From Terriglobia bacterium (GTDB taxonomy: Bacteria > Acidobacteriota > Terriglobia > JAJPHL01 > JAPKYU01): a stretch of 64,000 nt of DNA. This document shows, in pieces, positions 59,199 to 64,000 of the stretch (position 1 is its first letter; every line of letters begins with the position of its first letter). The stretch is from positions 64,001-128,000 of the forward strand of contig CBDBKE010000001.1 of NCBI GenBank assembly GCA_965206645.1, in the 5' to 3' direction. Below the pieces are notes generated by a model. It saw only the letters and a list, made by a program, of their open reading frames with translations, was not told the origin of the DNA and made no database searches. The position numbers and the translations under genes are program-made.

Positions 59199-59659
59199 TG
59201 GATGCCCTCGGGGTCGTGCGGCACCTCGCGGACTTCGGTGGGCTCCTGACAGCAGTCGCAGCGGCCCGGCTTATACGAGGTGATGTTGCAGATGTGGCAG
59301 TAGTAAGTCACCTTGTGGAGTCGCCCGTCGCGTACGCTGAAGAGCCGCTCCACCTGGACGGTGTCCTTGCCCTTGCGGCGACCCTCCACACGCAGTTCCC
59401 AACCACGGATGCGTTCCTCACCCAGCAGCGCGCTGGTATACTCGTCGGAGGGAACCAGCCTGTAGGTCTTGACCTCTCCCCCTCCCCGGACTGGCACCTT
59501 TAGGATTGGCGCACGCCCCTGGTGCGTCAGCCGGCCGGTGAGGACGGCGGTGGGTTTCTCCAATGCCTTTCCGGCAGGCGCCTTTTTCTCGGGAGTGGCA
59601 GCCCAGGCGCCCGCGACCAACGCCAGCAGGAGTCCGGAGCAGAGCGTCCGCCGCACCAT
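59195..59659 (-). CDS. Exported hypothetical protein with C-terminal Cys-rich metal-binding motif
   Basis: Signal peptide (AWA), YYCHICNI....PG.CDCCQ. Confidence 0.7.
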   Translation of the reverse strand: MVRRTLCSGLLLALVAGAWAATPEKKAPAGKALEKPTAVLTGRLTHQGRAPILKVPVRGGGEVKTYRLVPSDEYTSALLGEERIRGWELRVEGRRKGKDTVQVERLFSVRDGRLHKVTYYCHICNITSYKPGRCDCCQEPTEVREVPHDPEGIH

Positions 59660-59695
59660 ACTTACTAGTATAAGCGGAAATTCGGCTAAGAGCTG

Positions 59696-60289
59696 TCAGG
59701 CCTGCAGGGAGGTGGTTTGTTGCACGCGGCGCTCTAGTTCGGTGAGGACCGTGTCAAAGCGCACCAGCATGGGATGCTGCCACCCGTCAGCCAGAGCGGC
59801 GCGCAGGCGGCGATAGCGGTCCAGTTGCTGATCGGGCGGGGCCTTCATTTCTCTCCAAATCTGGGCGCCGCGCTCCAGCGCCAGCAGGATGGATTGCATG
59901 TTGTGAATCTTGTCGGCGCAGGAGATGGCCTTGGCCTCGGCCGGGGCGGAGCGCAGATGCTCGGTGTATTCGCTCTTGCGCACTGCCCAGGGCCGTTCCT
60001 CGCCGGCTGCGTCAAGCTTGCGTTCGGTGACCGCACGCACCAGGCCGGCCACGCGCTCCCCGTAACCCTCCACATCTTGCCGGTAGGCGGGCTGGTCTTC
60101 CAGCACGTCGTGCAGTAATCCGGCTACGAAGACGTCTTCATCAAAGCCGAACTCTGCCAGCAGGCAGGCCACACCGAAGAGGTGAGCCACGTAGGGGATT
60201 GGGCGGTCGCGGTCCTTTCGGGCCTGGTCACGATGGGCGCTGGCGGCCAGGTCGATCGCAGTATGAATGCGTCGTGTAAACGGTAGCAC
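59696..60289 (-). CDS. HD domain protein, SpoT/Mesh1-like small alarmone hydrolase
   Basis: A..AH..Q.RK, PY..H, LLHDVLED, V..VT, ADK.HN. Confidence 0.85.
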   Translation of the reverse strand: MLPFTRRIHTAIDLAASAHRDQARKDRDRPIPYVAHLFGVACLLAEFGFDEDVFVAGLLHDVLEDQPAYRQDVEGYGERVAGLVRAVTERKLDAAGEERPWAVRKSEYTEHLRSAPAEAKAISCADKIHNMQSILLALERGAQIWREMKAPPDQQLDRYRRLRAALADGWQHPMLVRFDTVLTELERRVQQTTSLQA

Positions 60290-60987
60290 TATTGGGGAGA
60301 CTCCTGGTACTTGCCCTGCGCCTTCTCGCGTTCATACTGCTGCATCCGCTCACGCAGCCGCCGGATGTAAGTTTCATCGCGCGCGGGACGACGCGGTGCC
60401 TGTGTCTTGCCCTGAGCCGGCCGCCCCACCGCTCTGACTTCGGCCGGCGTGGAACTCGTCGTCGTCGAGCCTGCTTGTGCTCGGGCTGGTTCGCCGCCAC
60501 CGGGCTTGGCCTCATCTGTAGCAGGCGGCAACAGCGCCGGGGCGGAATCGGCCGACAGGTCCCCCGGTGCAATGGCTGTTGCAGCGGGCTGTGGAGGAAG
60601 CGGCGCGGCTCCCTCTGAGGCTTCAGCCTCCGAAGCTTCAAGTTGTGGCGCCGCCGTTTCTGCCAAGGGCTGCGTCAATCCGTCAACTGGGCCATCAACT
60701 GGGCCATCAACTGGGCCGTCAACTGGGGGACCAACCCGGATCCCGTCTTTCTCGTGCAGGAGTCGGGGTCCCAGAAGAGCAGCCAGCAAGACCAGGGCAA
60801 AGATCCCGACAGCCACCCAGAACACGCGGCGTCCCTCGGCGTCTTCGCTGCCGCGCCTTGCCCTGATGTGCCGAGCCGGACCGGGCGGCGGTTCTGACGC
60901 CGTCTCCGTCAACTTCATTCGCTTTCCGAATAATGTGATCGGCGGAAGTTGCTCGCGGTCCGCCGCAGAGTTGCCTTTCTTGTCCAT
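60289..60987 (-). CDS. Hypothetical single-TM protein with low-complexity linker
   Basis: TM VFWVAVGIFALVLLAALL, GPVD repeats, Pro/Ala-rich region; start uncertain. Confidence 0.55.
   Translation of the reverse strand: MDKKGNSAADREQLPPITLFGKRMKLTETASEPPPGPARHIRARRGSEDAEGRRVFWVAVGIFALVLLAALLGPRLLHEKDGIRVGPPVDGPVDGPVDGPVDGLTQPLAETAAPQLEASEAEASEGAAPLPPQPAATAIAPGDLSADSAPALLPPATDEAKPGGGEPARAQAGSTTTSSTPAEVRAVGRPAQGKTQAPRRPARDETYIRRLRERMQQYEREKAQGKYQESPQ
60680..60727. repeat. 12-nt tandem repeat x4
   Basis: ccRtcaactggg x4, encoding (PVDG)4. Confidence 0.85.
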
Positions 60988-61043
60988 ACCTGCCGTCCAG
61001 AAAATTCGTGCGCCCCCAGCCACACGCGGATACAATCACTGTG

Positions 61044-62186
61044 ATGTCCCTCAAAATACTCCTGGCCCTGGTCCTTGTCCAGCAGCTCCTGCTGGCACCT
61101 CACGTCAGTCTCGTGCGTGCCCAGGCAGGCGGCCAGGGCGTGCCCACCCACTCGAGGGAGGACCCGGCGTCGAACGTGTTGCAGATCGCACTGGAACGCA
61201 TGGCCGCGAGCGACTCGGAGGGGGCCATCCAGCTGCTGCGCCCTGCAGCCAGAAAATCCGCGGTCCCGCTGGAGGCTCAACGCGCTAAATGCCTGCTAGG
61301 CGCCGCCTATGCGATGAATGGCGAACTAAGGTCGAGTGAGCAGACAGCCGACGTTTTGAACAACCCCTCGGCTGCGGCGGAGGAGGCCGCCTGGAAGCAG
61401 GTACTGCCGGAATGCCAGGGGCAGCTTCAGAGCATCGCTCCCCGCCTGAAGCCCGACCGGCGCTCGGTGGTGTTCTATTATCTGGGAATGATCGGCACCG
61501 ACGAAGCCGAACACATCGGCTATCTGCGCCAATCCGTCAAGCTGGTCCCGCGGTTTTCTGAGGCTGGGTACCAGCTTGGCCTCCACCTGCTGGGCAACGC
61601 CGAACTGGCCGAAGCGGCTGAGGTCCTTCGCCGGGTCGCCCAACAGCGCCCGGGATGGGCTCAGCCCCGTAGCCATTTGGGGATGTTGCTCACGCTGACC
61701 GGCCGGCCCGAGGAGGCAGTCCAGGAGTTGCGGCAGGCCCTGAAAATCGAGCCTAAGTTGGCCGAGGCTCACGGACAGCTTTGCCTGGCACTCTATGCCA
61801 CCGGGGACTACAACAGCGCGCTGACCCACGGTGGCCGCGCCGCTGACCGGCAGCCCAAGAACCCGTTCCACCATAACTGCGCCGCTCTGGTGCTGCTGGA
61901 GAAGAATCAGTCCCTGGAAGCGCTCGGCTATGCCCGCCGCAGTACCGAACTGGTGCCAGGACATGAAACCTTCCAGGTGGTGCTGGCCGCTGCTCTCGAG
62001 GCCACCGGACGCCAACAGGAAGCGCTGACCGCCATGTACCGCGCCTTGGCTGCCCAACCAGCATTGCGCACCGATCCCGCGCGGCTGGAGAAAGCCAACA
62101 TGCTGCGCGGCCGTGCCCTGCAGTTGGCCCGCCAGGTTCTCCAGAGAGCCACCAGCTCAGACCAATCCGCCAGGGGGAATCCCTGA
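61044..62186 (+). CDS. Tetratricopeptide repeat protein, exported
   Basis: Signal peptide, multiple TPR-like units (P...EA...LG, A...L..AL...P). Confidence 0.78.
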   Translation: MSLKILLALVLVQQLLLAPHVSLVRAQAGGQGVPTHSREDPASNVLQIALERMAASDSEGAIQLLRPAARKSAVPLEAQRAKCLLGAAYAMNGELRSSEQTADVLNNPSAAAEEAAWKQVLPECQGQLQSIAPRLKPDRRSVVFYYLGMIGTDEAEHIGYLRQSVKLVPRFSEAGYQLGLHLLGNAELAEAAEVLRRVAQQRPGWAQPRSHLGMLLTLTGRPEEAVQELRQALKIEPKLAEAHGQLCLALYATGDYNSALTHGGRAADRQPKNPFHHNCAALVLLEKNQSLEALGYARRSTELVPGHETFQVVLAAALEATGRQQEALTAMYRALAAQPALRTDPARLEKANMLRGRALQLARQVLQRATSSDQSARGNP

Positions 62187-62247
62187 CCAGCAGAGGTACA
62201 GCCGAGCCCGGCTCCGGCGCGTGCAAGTCTGTTGAATAGGAGTGTAT

Positions 62248-62502
62248 ATGCCAACCAGGAAAAGAAAAAGCCTCGAGAAGGAAATAGAACGGGTTGCGCT
62301 ATCGACCGGAGCAGAGCTGGGCGCTGCGCTGGGGCGTCTTGAAAAAGAGGCGCGAACGATAGTGCGCAAAGGGATCGAAATGCAAACGAAGGCGCAGGGC
62401 CGGTCCGTGCTGTTAATGCGGTCGGCCTCTCGGAAATTGGACAAGCTGGCGTCCCAACTCGAGAGTTTCGGTAAGCAAACCCGACGCAAAAAACGGAAGT
62501 AA
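62248..62502 (+). CDS. Small basic hypothetical protein
   Basis: AGGAG RBS, 84 aa, helical, with Lys/Arg-rich termini. Confidence 0.6.
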   Translation: MPTRKRKSLEKEIERVALSTGAELGAALGRLEKEARTIVRKGIEMQTKAQGRSVLLMRSASRKLDKLASQLESFGKQTRRKKRK

Positions 62503-62540
62503 GGTCTGCCTCTCGGCAGTCCTGAGCCCCTACGCTGCTG

Positions 62541-62663
62541 CTAGCAGGATGCTGAAAAACTCCTGCACAGACTGAAGTCTGGGCCACCGCCAGCTCGCAA
62601 GTTGTTGAAAAGTGGCACAGGCTTCAGCCTGTGGAAGCCTTCTTGGGTCCAGCAGCCTGCTAG
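62541..62663. mobile_element. MITE-like element (123 bp) carrying an inverted REP pair
   Basis: Terminal IR ctagcaggatgctgaa / reverse complement ctagcaggctgctgga (14/16); CTAG at both ends; internal cacagactgaagtctgggccac and gtggcacaggcttcagcctgtg. Confidence 0.68.
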
Positions 62664-63508
62664 AGGGAGGCGGAGGCGATCACGGTCACGTGAGGGCGTC
62701 CGCTGAACGGGTTGCGGTCAATGCGGATCGGCACGCCATACACTTCTTCGAGCGCGGGCCTGGTGAGGACTTCCTCTGGCGTTCCCGAGCAAAAGACTCT
62801 GCCGGCGCGAAGCAGCATCAGGTAGTCGGCGAACTCGGAAGCCAGGTTGACTTCGTGCATCACCGTCACCACCCCGAACTCATACTGAGAGGCCTGACGG
62901 CGGATCAAGCGCAGCAATTCCACCTGGAAACTGATGTCCAGGTTGGCGGTGGGCTCGTCCAGCAGCAACAGTTCCGGTTCCTGAGCCAGAGCGCGCGCCA
63001 GCACCGCGCGCTGGCGCTCCCCGCCGGAAATCTCGTCCATGCGGCGATGCGCCATCGAGCAGATGTGCGTGGCCTCCATGGCCAGGCGCGCCATGCGCGC
63101 ATCTTCTTCGCGCTCGAAACCGAAGCGGCCAGCGTAAGGATAGCGGCCGAGCAGGACGAACTGCTCCACGGTGCTGGGGAACTCCAGGGGCGCTTCCTGG
63201 CGCACGACGGCGATCCGCCGGGCGCGTTCGCGCGGCTCGAGCAGCAAAATTTCGCTCCCGGCAAAGCTGACGTCGCCGTGCGCCGGGCGCAGGAGGCCGG
63301 CCATCAGGCGCAACAGGGTGGACTTGCCGCTGCCGTTAGGTCCGATGATGGCCAGAAAATCCCCCGCGTAGATGTTGAAGCTGAGCGGCCCCAGACGAAA
63401 CCTTCCGTCCTGGGAGCCGTCCAGCCCGCCCCGCCGACGCGGCGCTCGATAGGCAAACTCCACCGAATTGATGTCCAGCAAGAGCCGGCGATCGGGGGCG
63501 GTCGTCAT
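62660..63508 (-). CDS. Iron-chelate/cobalamin ABC transporter ATP-binding protein
   Basis: GPNGSGKST, V.LGR.P, ISGGERQR..LARALAQ, LDEPT, H..NLA. Confidence 0.9.
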   Translation of the reverse strand: MTTAPDRRLLLDINSVEFAYRAPRRRGGLDGSQDGRFRLGPLSFNIYAGDFLAIIGPNGSGKSTLLRLMAGLLRPAHGDVSFAGSEILLLEPRERARRIAVVRQEAPLEFPSTVEQFVLLGRYPYAGRFGFEREEDARMARLAMEATHICSMAHRRMDEISGGERQRAVLARALAQEPELLLLDEPTANLDISFQVELLRLIRRQASQYEFGVVTVMHEVNLASEFADYLMLLRAGRVFCSGTPEEVLTRPALEEVYGVPIRIDRNPFSGRPHVTVIASASL

Positions 63509-64000
63509 TCGGCCAGCTTCCGGCGCAGCAGGTAGATGAACAACGGCGCTCCCGCCAGCGCCGTGAAGGCGCCGACGGGCAACTCGGTAGGGGCGGCCAC
63601 AGTGCGTGCGGCGGTATCGGCTGCCACCAGCAGGACGGCGCCCGCGAGGGCCGCCACCGGCAGTAACAGCCGGTAGTCATTGCCGAGCAGCAATCGCACC
63701 AAGTGCGGCACCAGAAGGCCCAGAAAGCCGATGGCGCCGGCGTGAGCAACGGCCACCGCCGTCAGGGCGCTGGCGGCCACGAAGACGGCCAGCTTGGCCC
63801 GTGGGACATTTACTCCCAGTGCGGCGGCTTCTTCTTCGCCCACCAGCAGAAGGTTCAGCTCGGCAGCAAACCAGTAGGCGAGCGTGCCGGCGACCAACAC
63901 TGGCAGCAGGCACCAGATCAGAACAGAGATCAGGCCGTCGTTGAACAACCCCAGGTCGCCCATCAGCCAGATCGCCGTGCCGCGCAGGTTTTGGCTGGGC
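63505..64000 (-). CDS. FecCD/BtuC family permease, C-terminal part (runs off window edge)
   Basis: W.MGDL, GEE.A..LG, G.IGF.GL..PH..R, ELPVG..TAL.GAP. Confidence 0.9.
   Translation of the reverse strand, partial: PSQNLRGTAIWLMGDLGLFNDGLISVLIWCLLPVLVAGTLAYWFAAELNLLLVGEEEAAALGVNVPRAKLAVFVAASALTAVAVAHAGAIGFLGLLVPHLVRLLLGNDYRLLLPVAALAGAVLLVAADTAARTVAAPTELPVGAFTALAGAPLFIYLLRRKLAE

Overview
GC-rich bacterial chromosomal window, most likely Acidobacteriota (TIGR03437-like domain, acidobacterial-type OmpA and PilZ-like proteins, ccm gene layout; this taxonomy is an inference). Most of it is housekeeping: an orphan frdA/sdhA, a ccmE-F-H-(I-like)-A-B-C-D cytochrome c maturation operon, hemH, rpmE, thyA-folA, cysteine desulfurase-mnmA, tolQRAB-pal-cpoB, ssb, recN, proC and the end of an iron-chelate/B12 ABC operon. 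The best new-system candidate is a 16-codon ORF below the ORF-track cutoff (2763-2813, minus strand). It encodes MCQCPCSVPCPCDDCC (7 Cys), has a strong AAGGAGG RBS, and sits directly behind a Cys-rich ArsR repressor with its own palindromic operator, suggesting an ArsR-controlled micro-metallothionein. Other notable observations are: two genes at 51.4-52.3 kb bounded by eroded integron attC-type core sites; a LarA-homologue / DUF1537 kinase / PdxA2 operon suggesting a nickel-pincer acid-sugar epimerase pathway; a CxxxY-type CcmE alongside an unusual 5-Cys CcmH; a tandem FkbM duplication with a homopolymer frameshift; a MITE/REP family; and many short tandem micro-duplications. No rRNA, tRNA, CRISPR array, transposase or integrase was recognised. 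All family calls come from motif recognition by eye, not from database searches.
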